Assembly: GCF_006345805.1 (NCBI RefSeq)
Contig: NC_043002.1
Span: forward strand, 44,330,001 to 44,394,000
Source of the DNA: Octopus sinensis
Lineage: Eukaryota
Direction of reading: 5' to 3'
DNA: 64,000 nt
Of the stretch, positions 53,110 through 64,000 are shown one piece after another (position 1 is the stretch's first letter; each line of letters begins with the position of its first letter). The notes beneath the pieces are model-generated. The model was not told where the DNA came from. It did no database searches and saw only the letters and a program-made list of their open reading frames with translations. The position numbers were made by a program, and so were the translations under genes.

Positions 53110-55910
53110 CACTGGTCAACACGAAACAAAACACGTTTTTCTTTAGCTAATTTGATGGTGCTGATTCCGAAAATGACCTTATTTTTTCATGGTTAGCTAC
53201 CGTTTTTGCTGCACTGAAATTGTTCATTTTTGGAAAAAGATCAATTTACGATCTTGGTTGATCACAAAATTTAGTTAAAAAAATGTAATAGAAACCCATG
53301 AATTTTCAGGTAAGCCAAGCAATTTATGTCAGCCGCCTGAAATAAACTATTTTTATAAAAAAAAGTGTTTTCAGTCAAAACTTTTAAATAGAAGTACCAA
53401 ACTTTTCTAATTTATTGCCAAAATTAACTGACGAACTTTATCGGTAATACACTTTAGTAAACCTGAGAATTAAGGTGACATCAAAACAAAGGAAACCCTA
53501 AAATCTTCTGTTCGATATTCATAAATTTCTCCCATCACTTTTATCCCTTCAACACGAAAGGAAACCATGCACATTAAGAGCTTTTGTTTTCACAGTTGGA
53601 AAAAAAGAATCCAACTAAAGTCATCCCAATTGAATGCACCTATTCCATTCTACATGATGAACATCATGAAAATGGTTTCACCATAGCATCTGCCCTCCAC
53701 ACGGTATTACGAAGATACGGACTCTTTCCGTCTTTTGATATTGACACTTTTACGAGTCTTTCCGTAGGATATCAGGAAAAGATCAAATTACTTAAACGTG
53801 AACACGCAATGTGTAATGTAAATGCTCAACCAACTTATGTTCTTTTTTAATAATAGAGATAGATATCAAATGACACGACTTCAACGAGAGGATGCAAAAA
53901 TGATCCCGACTTATTTTGCTATACACACCGAAAGCCAACAGGAAACCGATATCTGACTTTTACAAGAAAGTCTATCGTGCTTACTTTCACGCCAATCTTG
54001 GTGATCAGGAAAAACCATGGGCTCCTCACATTGTTTTTGTAAGGCATGTTTGGAACACATGAGACAGTAGACTTCAGGTACCTTAAAATCGCTGAGATTC
54101 GCTATACCTATGATCTAGCGTGAGCCAAAGAACCACTCTGACGAATTTTACTTCTGTTCAGTCAGTGTTGAAGGACTGAACCAAAAGAAACGCAGATCTA
54201 TCGACTATCCCAGTCTTCATTCCGCTATTCGACCAGTGCCGCATTCAGATGATTTGCCAATCCCAGTTTTACACGCAAATTTGTTGAAACTTGTTGAAAG
54301 TGACGAGTCTGACATTGATGTAAATGAGAGACACAGCGAAAATGATCCTGACTATGTTCTCGAAACTGTGCCAGAGCTGTTTAACCAAAATCAGCTGTTT
54401 AACTAAATGCATGATTTGGTTCGAGACTTAAATGTAAGCAAAGCATCAGCAGAACTTTTGACGTCTAGGCTCAATGAAAAACACCTGTTAGCAAAAGGCA
54501 CAAAGGTAACATTCTATCGAAATAGGGATGCCGAATTTGTACCATTCCTTAATGAGAACACGAATCTTGTTCATTGCAATGACATTGAGAGCGTTCTTCT
54601 TCGACTAGGCGTCCACAAACACGATCCTGATGAAAGGAGATCGTTCATTGATTGTTCAAAACGTAGTTTGAAATGTGTTTTGCTCCATAATACCAATATG
54701 TATGCGCCAATACCTATAGGACATTTAACAACACTGAAAGAAAAATACGATGCCATCAAACGGGTTATGGAACAGATTGACTACATTCGATTTGAAAATT
54801 GTAAATTTCCTGTTTGGCCAACAAAGTGGCTACACGAAATTCCCATGTTTTTTGTGTATGTGGGACAGTAGAGAAAAAAAGGAGCACTGGAAAAGGAAAG
54901 AGTGGCCACCCCGAGAGTTGAAGGTCAGTGAAAAGAACGTTATTAGTGCAGCGCTAGTTCCGAAAGAAATATCATGTCCCCTCCTTTGCATATCAAATTC
55001 GAATTAATGAAACAGTATGTAAAATCACTCGACAAAGAAAGTAAATGTTTTGAGTATATATGTAACTCGTTTCCAGGACTTAGCACCGAAAAACTCAATG
55101 CAGGAATTTTTGATGGTCCTGATATCAGAAAACTCATTAAGGATGATTAATTTGTTAATTCAATGAATGACTTGGAATTACGTGCTTGGACATCGTTTGT
55201 TGACGCGGCGAAAAACTTCTTAGGCAATCGCCGGGCCGAAAACTACAAGGAGTTAGTGGAAAAGCTGTTGAAAATTGTACAGGACATAGACACTTATATG
55301 AGTATGAAAGTTCATTTTACATAGCCATCTAGATGAATTTCCAGATATTTGCGGCAATGTGAATGATGAGCAAGGAGAAGGATTCCATCAGGATATGAAA
55401 ACAATGGATAAGCGCTACCAGGGACGGTGGGACAGAGGAATGATGGCTGACTACTGCTGGAGTATCAAAAGGGGCTTAAATAACATAGAACATGACTGAC
55501 AATCAAGAAAGAAAACATTTTTACCATAGTTCTTATGTTCACGAAGATTTAATTTCTGCTGTTAGTTTATCTAATGATTTGATGAAAATGTTTGATGGTC
55601 TTTGTATATTCAATCGTGTTATTTTTAAAGACTTAGGGTCTGATTGTTATTGCAAAAATAGTATTTCTCAATAGACAGACCAATATTTGTTGGTTTAAAT
55701 ACGAATTGAGCAGTTTCTACGATTTTACTTTGAGAAATATTGCCATCGATCAATATCAAGTATACAGAAAACAAATAAAAAAAGGGTTTTTTCCAAAAAA
55801 GAGGCATTTCTGTACAGCAAAAGCGGTAGCTAACCAAGAAAAAGTAAGATTATTTTCAGATTCAGCACCCTCAAATTAGCTAAAAAAAAAAGATGTTTGG
55901 TATCTCGACA
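53110..55910 (+). mobile_element. Chapaev3-like (CMC) DNA transposon with decayed transposase at ~53870-55530
   Basis: Starts TAA|CACTG; ~100 bp TIRs (53110-53213, 55813-55910). Motifs GCKNDPD.FCY, LGDQEKPWAPH, REPKNH..YFC, RSLKCVLLHN, GQQSGYTKFPCFLCMWDSR, GIFDGPDIRKL, KVH.LHSHLD.FP and DEQGERFHQD. Confidence 0.8.
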
Positions 55911-57184
55911 TCATTTCAAATATTTTTTTTTTATTGGTAATTGATCATATGTAGAATATTTCAGGGTAGGATAATTGTTGCCATAACATCATCTCACAAT
56001 GACATAATTATTGAAATGAGGATATATTTTTAAAATTTGAAGACATGTGTTACACATATTACTTCTTTTTGCATATACCCCATTCATTGTTTCCTTCATT
56101 AATAATCCCATATTTACAGAAATTTAGTGATTTCTTAAAACTATAGTTCGTAGATATCTAAGTAGATAAGCCACGAAACAACTTGTAGATCTGAAGAAAC
56201 GTAGATTTCAACAGTTAAATCAAACAGTGTTAAGTAGACGTCATTAAAGGTAAAATTGACGGTTATAAGCAATTTAAAATAATAGGCAGTTTACAACTAT
56301 TACTTTGAATTCAGTCATTAACTAAGTTTCTCCCGGGGAAAAAAATACATGTAACAAGCAAATCTTCTACCCAATGAAACTTGTTTTCTTATCCAATTCA
56401 AAATAAACCATATTGAACATCTATACGATTCGTTTCGATAATCAGTTAAGAAATTAACTTATCTATACCAAAGACACTTACTTCTGTAATATGCTCAAGA
56501 TTCCATTATATACACATAACGGTTGAGTTTAGATTGATGTTGTTAAGATACTGGCATAAAAGATTGGTAATCATAGCGTCATTAAAGCGAATGTAATAAA
56601 ATACGTGAGTCATACATATGAATTCACACACAGGTGTGAGAATACATTTGCGTTGCGATATTCTGTGGTGTTATTTGTAAATAGTAGTAAACAAATTAAT
56701 GTTATAGACCGAAAAATCAAATATTTGCATTAACGCCCCTATGAAAGTGCTTTTGTACCAGTGCCTCTTCTAGTACGGGATACCACTTAGTAAATAAAGA
56801 ATGGGAATAGTATCATAAGGTACCGAAAATAAAGTGAAGGTAGGGGGTTATACGTACATCTTTACAGTTTGTTTAGACTTTGAGTCCTAAATTAACATAA
56901 AAAGCGTGAATGTCATATGGTTTATCTTTTATGTTATACTTGTTTCAGTCATTTGATTGAAATAGACTCTGAGATCTTAAAATAAGTAGTTTCTTATGAG
57001 AGTAACTGTCATACACATACAATTAGACATCACTGACTACTCAAACTTTGTGACGAAATAACATTATTTACCCAGTATTCAAGCAGTGACTGCATATTTT
57101 AATATAAATTTCTTTATCCAGTAATTTCATATATTTTAACACCGTAGGTAAAATGTGAAGGAGATTTATCTACCTTTTATTATA

Positions 57185-58560
57185 CATTATCTCACGGAAG
57201 TATGTACACCTCAAAAAACTTTCAGTAAAATTGCCATTATATGATAATATGAAAGGAAGTCAAACGAAATTTATATTGAGTAAATATATTATACATGCAA
57301 ACATAATACAAATTTGGAACACGAAATAATAAACATTTTCAAAGATATGAACCAAACATTAATTTTAAAATGGTACGAAATATGTATACCCTAAAGCATT
57401 ATTTGCTATATTCAATATTTGATATGACCACACTTGCTTTCAATGACTTCATTAAATCTTATGGGCATAGAGTCGACTAAATTTCCGCATATAACCGTTG
57501 AATGATGTCTTTTAACTGTATTGCATTGCGGGGTTTTTCCTCCTCAACCTTCCTTTTCAAAACGCCCCACATATATTCTATTGGGTTTAAATCAGATGAC
57601 ATGGAAGGCCAAGTCAATACCTTTTTTTTTATCTGATAAAAACTTAGTCATCATGAATCCCCAAAGCATAATACGTCCGCTGCCGTGTTTGACGGTAGGC
57701 ACGGTGCATACGTCGCTTTTAACTTCACCTGGTTGTCGCCATACTCGTTTAAGCAATCTGACCAAACCAAATTGATTTTAGTCTCGTCAGAAAAAAATAA
57801 TTCTGCTCCCAAACCCCTTCCTCTTACAGAGGTTTCGGCAAAAGAAAAACGACTTGATTTATGCCTCCATTGAGGAGACTTTCTACGAGGAATGTGTCTA
57901 TGAAGACCACACTGGTTCGAACTTCGGCGAACTGTTTGGGCAGATACATTCTTTTCACTAACCGAATACACTTCTTGGACCAGAGATGAAACGGTACGAT
58001 GCCTGTCGTCCATCATGCAACGTTGGATGCAGCAAATATCACGTGCAGTTAAATTAGGATGACCTGGACGATGTTTATTACTTAGCCGTCCAATTTACAC
58101 TAATATGTATTCGTTTGCTAATGAGCTTGTATTCTAAACCATTCTTGTACAAATTTAAAAAATCTTTTTTCAAATCTTCACACATTTTGTTTCCTTTTGG
58201 TGGCATTTTAATCACACTGAAGATTTTCCTGCAGATGCAATAACAATGACCGGTGCAAAAATGCCAGGGGATATAATTTATTACAATTGAAATTATCAGC
58301 AAGATCTGAATTTAGTAAAAAGAAAAGTGGATAGAAAATTGAATATAGAAAATTTCCTTCAGAGTATACATATTTTTGTTACGTCTGAAAATTAATATTT
58401 CGTTCATATCTTTGAAAATGTTTATTGTGTTGTGTTCCAAATTTGTATAATGCTTGCATGTATAATACATTTCATTCAGCATTAATTTCCTTTCATATTC
58501 TCAGAGAAATGGCAATTTTACTGAATTTGTTAGGGGTGTACATATTTCTGTGAGATACTG
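57185..58560 (-). mobile_element. Tc1-family element with internal deletion
   Basis: TA TSDs, ~220 bp TIRs (CA(T/G)TATCTCAC..GTACACC), transposase remnants SAQTVRR, FSDETKINL and WPSMSSDLNPIEYMW. Confidence 0.9.
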
Positions 58561-59700
58561 TATATATATATGTGTGTATGTATGTATATATATATGTATA
58601 AACTCTTTATGAAAAGATATTAATCTATGTGAAATGAAGGCAGTTCTCTTCCACTTTTTATATGTTTTCCACATATTTCTAACTCATAATTTTACCATTT
58701 GGTGTATATTGAACCTCCAGTATTTGTGCTACTTTTATATCTTCATATCTTTACTATTTGCCTCACGTGGTACACAAAATGCTTGCAAAACCTACCTCCA
58801 CCTCATAGGATATAATTACTAACGAGGACATCCTTAAGGAATTAAGAAATTAACACAAATTTAGTCACTCTAACCAACAAAATCGATGGACTATACCACC
58901 AGACCCACGAAGACTTAGAACACTTTCAAAGAAAGCAATCTACAGAGAAGATCAGTCAAAACCTAAGTGAACTATGCACTACATTAAACCAATTCTTTAC
59001 CAGCATTTTCACAAACAATGCCATAAAAGATACACTACAAAAATCACCCACCCCAAATGAAAACACACCAATTTTAGCATACCTAACCGCATTAGATACA
59101 CTTGGTCCAAAGACCTCAACACCAGAAAACTCACATTCTGGGACATGGTAAAAAATGATAATAAGGCACAATACATGAAAAATCGATCAACACCGTTAAT
59201 CGTGCCACAAAAACTCCAAACCAAACCCATTCCAGATGAACTAGAACAACAACGAACCCTCTGAGAGAAACTAACACTAGAAAAAATGCGAACAGATACT
59301 GAATTACTTAAACTTGTTTTGACTTGGTTTTGAAATCTAACTTGATTTTCGAGATGTTTTCTCTTGAAACAGTAAACAATGAGAAGTTTTAGTGACTGGA
59401 GTTCCAGTTATCCATGCTTCAAAATCTTTTCTTTTTGGAAATGAAATAGTTCACTCATTTTAACGTACTTATATATAAATTATCTGCAGAGATAGAAAGA
59501 CATAAGCCTGTATCATGATGTACACAACATCCAAAATGTATATAAACCCTTATGTATAGACAGTTTCGAATTTGTCATGTTACAAATGAACAGTATTGTT
59601 TCCATCATTTCGTCCAGATTTTGTAAATACATGTATACCTACGTACACACACACAACACATATACACACACGCATATATATAATATAGACCTTTGTGTGT

Positions 59701-59751
<51 letters not shown>

Positions 59752-61243
59752 GATGTGTGTATACATTACTCATAGTCAATTTGAAATATATATCTTGTTT
59801 TGTTATCCTTAGATATAACATGTTTTAGTATATCAAATCCTCGTATTTCCAAATCGCAATAATGTTGTCGTAAGCGGGTGCAGTGTACAATGATTATGTA
59901 ATCTAATATTTTATTGTATTTTAAAACACATGCAATAAAAATTTTAAAAAAACAACACGCAACTGATACTTTTACCATATATGTATATTTGTCGACATTC
60001 AAAGAGGGAAAACGAATTTTGGTACAGAGAACACAAAACTGTAGGAAGCTTAAGAGAGAGAAAAATTCAAATATTTGCATTTGTTGCAAACTAGAGTACT
60101 TTTGGAATATATCTGTAGCTATGATCCCAGGCATAGCTTCCTCACAAAACAATAACATTTCAATACTGAGCCTGTCAATTCTTTTGCAATTTTTAAGGTA
60201 TACCATGGTAACTGGAAAGAAGTATACTATTCTGCTTTTACAACTTATAGTTAACTTAATAGTCATATCGATTAGTACACACCAGAAAAAGACTAGATAA
60301 ATCGTATAAGAGTAAAAACGTTTATTCATGGCAGCTTTAGCTTAAAAGTTTCATTTCTCGTTAAGACGATGTTCGTAGCAGATACAAACTTTTTCCTCCT
60401 ATTCAATATACATGCGAACACGACAATTATACATTAGTGTATAATATATTCAAAGAAGTCTTTTAAGGCAAAGGAAAGAGAAAAATATTGTTTATATGGG
60501 TAAATCTTGTTCGCATTGGTAATGTATATTTGCAATATATAAATGTCCATAGCCTCAAAATTTGTTTTGAATTTACTTCCTTTCTTCTTCTTTACATTCA
60601 GGCAGTGATAACATCTGAAAAACTGTTGTAACCATTCTGTAAATATCTTTATTTAGTGGTGCAGGTTAAAAGGTAATAAATGATTTATACATTCAAATAC
60701 GAGAGGTAATATTACGTCCCATACATCTAAGATTCTAAATGTAAAAGGTTACGTGAAATAAGCACGTAACACTTTTGGCACTTAGTAGTGTGAGTGAAAA
60801 GGTAATAGATAAAGTATATATAGTATACACAAGAGGTAGTTTTTGCATCTCATATGTCTAAAATTCTATGCACAAACCACTTTTGGCAGTCCTTATTTGC
60901 ATGTGAAGTAACATTTACAACATTACATAGTCCTTACAATAATGTATCCTGGTGATAGTATTCATTAATACTTATGGAAGACTTATTTAAACTGCAACTT
61001 AGGTAAAAATATATTATACTAGGATGTGGCATAATATCTATTTTCGCTTTATTTCGTGTATGCAGATGTAAAACAGTAAATTGGTTCACAAAATAGATAT
61101 TTTTAAGTTCTATTTCAATCAGTGAGAAACTAATGTACAAGGCTGAGTTGTGAAACCTTCATTATTAACTAAAATATTGCCTAGGATGTCCATAACCCAA
61201 TGAGCAAAATTCCAAAAGAAATACAAAATAAAACGAGAATGTA

Positions 61244-61283
<40 letters not shown>

Positions 61284-61945
61284 AGGTGAGCTGGCAGAAT
61301 CGTTAGCATGCCGGGCGTAGCGGTATTTCGCCTGCCGCTACGTTCTGAGTTCAAATTCCACCGAGATCGACTTTGCCTATCATCCTTTCGGGGTCGATTA
61401 AATAAGTACCAGTTACGCACTGGGGTCGATATAATCGACTTAATCGGTTTGTCTGTCCTTCTTTGTCCTCTCTGTGTTTAGCTCCTTGTGGGTAGTAAAG
61501 GAATAGGACGGACAAACAGATTAAGTGGATTATATCGACCTCAGTGCGTAACTGGTACTTATTTAATCAACCCCGAAAGGATAAAAGGCAAAGTCGACCT
61601 CGGTGGAAGTTTGACTCAGAACATAAAGACAGACGAAATTCCGCTAAACATTTCGCCCGGCGTTCTAACGATTCTGCCAGCTCGTCGCCTTAGAAAGGAT
61701 GATTATTATTATTATTATTATTGATATATGCGAGATGGCAGAATCGTTAGCATGCTGAACGAAATGCTTAGCGATATTTTCGCCATCGCTACGTTTTTGA
61801 GTTCAAATTCCACCGACTATAACTTTGCTTTTCATCCTTTTGGGGTCAATAAATTAAGTAACAGTAAAACACTGGGGTCAATGTAATCGACTAGTCCTCC
61901 GCCCAAAAAAAATTTCAGGCCTTGCGCCTTTAGTAGAAATGATTA
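61284..61945. mobile_element. Three SINE B copies (+ 61284-61507, - 61508-61691, + 61730-61945)
   Basis: Similarity to 51702-51934. Confidence 0.9.
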
Positions 61946-61954
61946 TTATTACTA

Positions 61955-62077
<123 letters not shown>

Positions 62078-62580
62078 TTCAAATATAACTTATCTGTTTG
62101 ATGAAATGTAAAGGTCTATTCTATTCTAATCGCACATATATTTGGTTTTTATTTAACTCTGTCTTATAATCGGTGTATTCTATTTTATTTTATTTTATTT
62201 ATTTCATATTTTGATTCCTTATTAATTTATCCTTGTATACTTTATTTTATTATATGAGAAAAAGATGTTTATCATTATATCTCAGTTTATCATACAAATA
62301 AGCAAATCAGAAAATCAAAAACGGGGTTCTTTTGAAATGTCACCTAAGGGGATGCATCTGCAGCTATGATGCGTTACAGTTAATTGCACAGCATTTCATC
62401 TGTAAAGTATGGTTGCATGGTGAGTCGGAATGATCCTAATGGTTCTAATTAAAGACTCGCGTGAATTCTATTTTCTGTCACAAATATATTTTATATATCA
62501 GAGATAGATATATTGATGCACGTACATATACATATACTTATATAGATTTGCATATAAATCACAGACACACACATTATATA

Positions 62581-62870
62581 TCACGGGATCACGTGACCGA
62601 CCAGGCTATCAGATGTTGCTACACATCTCTGGTCACAATGCGCCTCGCATTGTTTTAGCCTTCAAATGACGCCACCCCGCCGGCCAAGCGAGCAGGCCTA
62701 CAGAAGAAAGAGTGAGAGAACATTGTGGCGAAATAGTACAGCAGGGATCGCCACCACCCACTGCCGGAGTCTCGTGGAGCTTTAGGTGTTTTCGCTCAAA
62801 AAACACTCATAACGCCCGGTCTGAGAATCGAAACCGCGATCCTACGACCGCAAGTCCACTGCCCTAACCA
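62581..62870 (-). mobile_element. tRNA-derived SINE family C
   Basis: A box TGGTTAGGGCAGTGG and B box GGTTTCGATTC on the minus strand; CACGTGAT-type tail. Confidence 0.8.
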
Positions 62871-63281
62871 TGTATATATATATATATATATATATATACG
62901 AAAGAATGTTTGAAAATGCAATTTAAAAGATGTTTATTTACTTAACCGGTTTCACTCTTTGGAAAAAGATTGTCAAAAGTAACATATGGAAGTTTGGTTG
63001 CGTTAATTATTGGTTGTTGCAAATTGCCACATTACATGTATATATACAGTCTTTGGTAACAGGGACATGTTAAGGACATACAAAAGTACAACAGTATGAT
63101 GAGAATATTTGAAAAAATGGGCAGAAAAGATTAAAACAAATATATTATACCTCTCAGGGTAATTTCCAGGAGGAATTATCAAAAAAAGTTCAGTACAGAA
63201 TATTATGAATTCAAAAAAATTTACATTAAGATTTACATTAATGTAGTGGCGAGGTTGTTTACTGACCTGTCCGTTTTAGCA

Positions 63282-63336
<55 letters not shown>

Positions 63337-63789
63337 ATATATTTACCACACAGAGGGAACAAACAAGGACAAAGGGATTGAGTCGATTACATCGACCCCA
63401 GTGCGTAACTGGTACTTAATGTATTGGCCCCTATACATATATATATAATTACATACGTGTTAATACTAAAAACGTCACGACTGTGTTCCGTAAAACATTT
63501 CTCTGTGTTGGTAAAATGTCTAGATTGATATACTCCCAAACGGGTTATTTTGCCTCAAAATTCATCCAATACATTTCTGGTCCTCGGAACTCCAAATACT
63601 GAAAAAGCGTTGTGAAATATTTCACACGCTAGTATTTCGCACACTCACTGATGCACCAGAAAATATGCTCACGGTACACCAGCAAATATACAGTAAGGGG
63701 GAAATGAAGTAGAAAGAGCGAAAGCACGTCAATTTAATCTGGTTGGATTAAAAAAAGACAGTAACAATATACACATATTTTTCTATCAT

Positions 63790-64000
63790 ATACTCTTTAC
63801 TCTTTTATTCTTTTACTTGTTTCAGTCATTTGACTGCGCCATGCTGGAGCACCGGCTTTGGTCGAGCAAATCGATCCTGAGACTTATTCTTTGTAAGCCC
63901 AGTACTTATTCTATCGGTCTCTTTTGCCGAACCGCTAAGTGACGGGGACGTAAACATACCAGCACCGGTTGTCAAACAATGCTAGATGGACAAACACAGA
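63790..64000 (-). mobile_element. SINE family A 3' half
   Basis: Reverse complement of 26590-26790. Confidence 0.88.

Noticed and set aside
58850-59290. A/C-rich protein-like segment
   Set aside because: Probably an old retroelement N-terminal remnant, but there is no diagnostic motif to assign it.
59766-60329. 187-aa minus ORF overlapping a 128-aa plus ORF
   Set aside because: No recognisable motif; consistent with chance in AT-rich DNA. Not excluded without a search.
62800-62870. tRNA gene
   Set aside because: It is a SINE head with A/B boxes but no acceptor stem closure, and it continues into the SINE body.

Overview
Eukaryotic, AT-rich, almost entirely repeat-derived DNA. The SINE families and the (TA)n/(TAA)n/(TAGA)n load resemble a cephalopod (Octopus-type) genome; this is inferred from pattern recognition, with no search run. 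No host gene can be confidently called, and most ORF-track entries are microsatellite translations or transposon fragments. The window holds decayed CR1-group, Tx1, RTE, R4/Dong-type and Penelope-like (PLE) retroelements, three SINE families, a solo LTR, Tc1, mariner, Chapaev3-like and hAT/MITE DNA transposons, and a 100-N gap. The main discovery is a ~2.8 kb element at 12011-14844. It carries one Tx1-ORF1-like CCHC zinc-knuckle (gag-like) ORF with no RT, between ~760 bp inverted arms. Each arm contains a GT-AG intron and a minimal type I hammerhead ribozyme (HHR) with a palindromic stem III, which are PLE/retrozyme hallmarks. Also notable are a second HHR-like, retrozyme-sized unit fused to a 307 bp foldback palindrome (41221-41728) and another head-to-head inverted pair in (TA)n (43600-44602). 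A near-identical 1162 bp inverted duplication with templated junctions lies at 24546-28207. Boundaries without TSD/TIR support are approximate and identities are by-eye counts.
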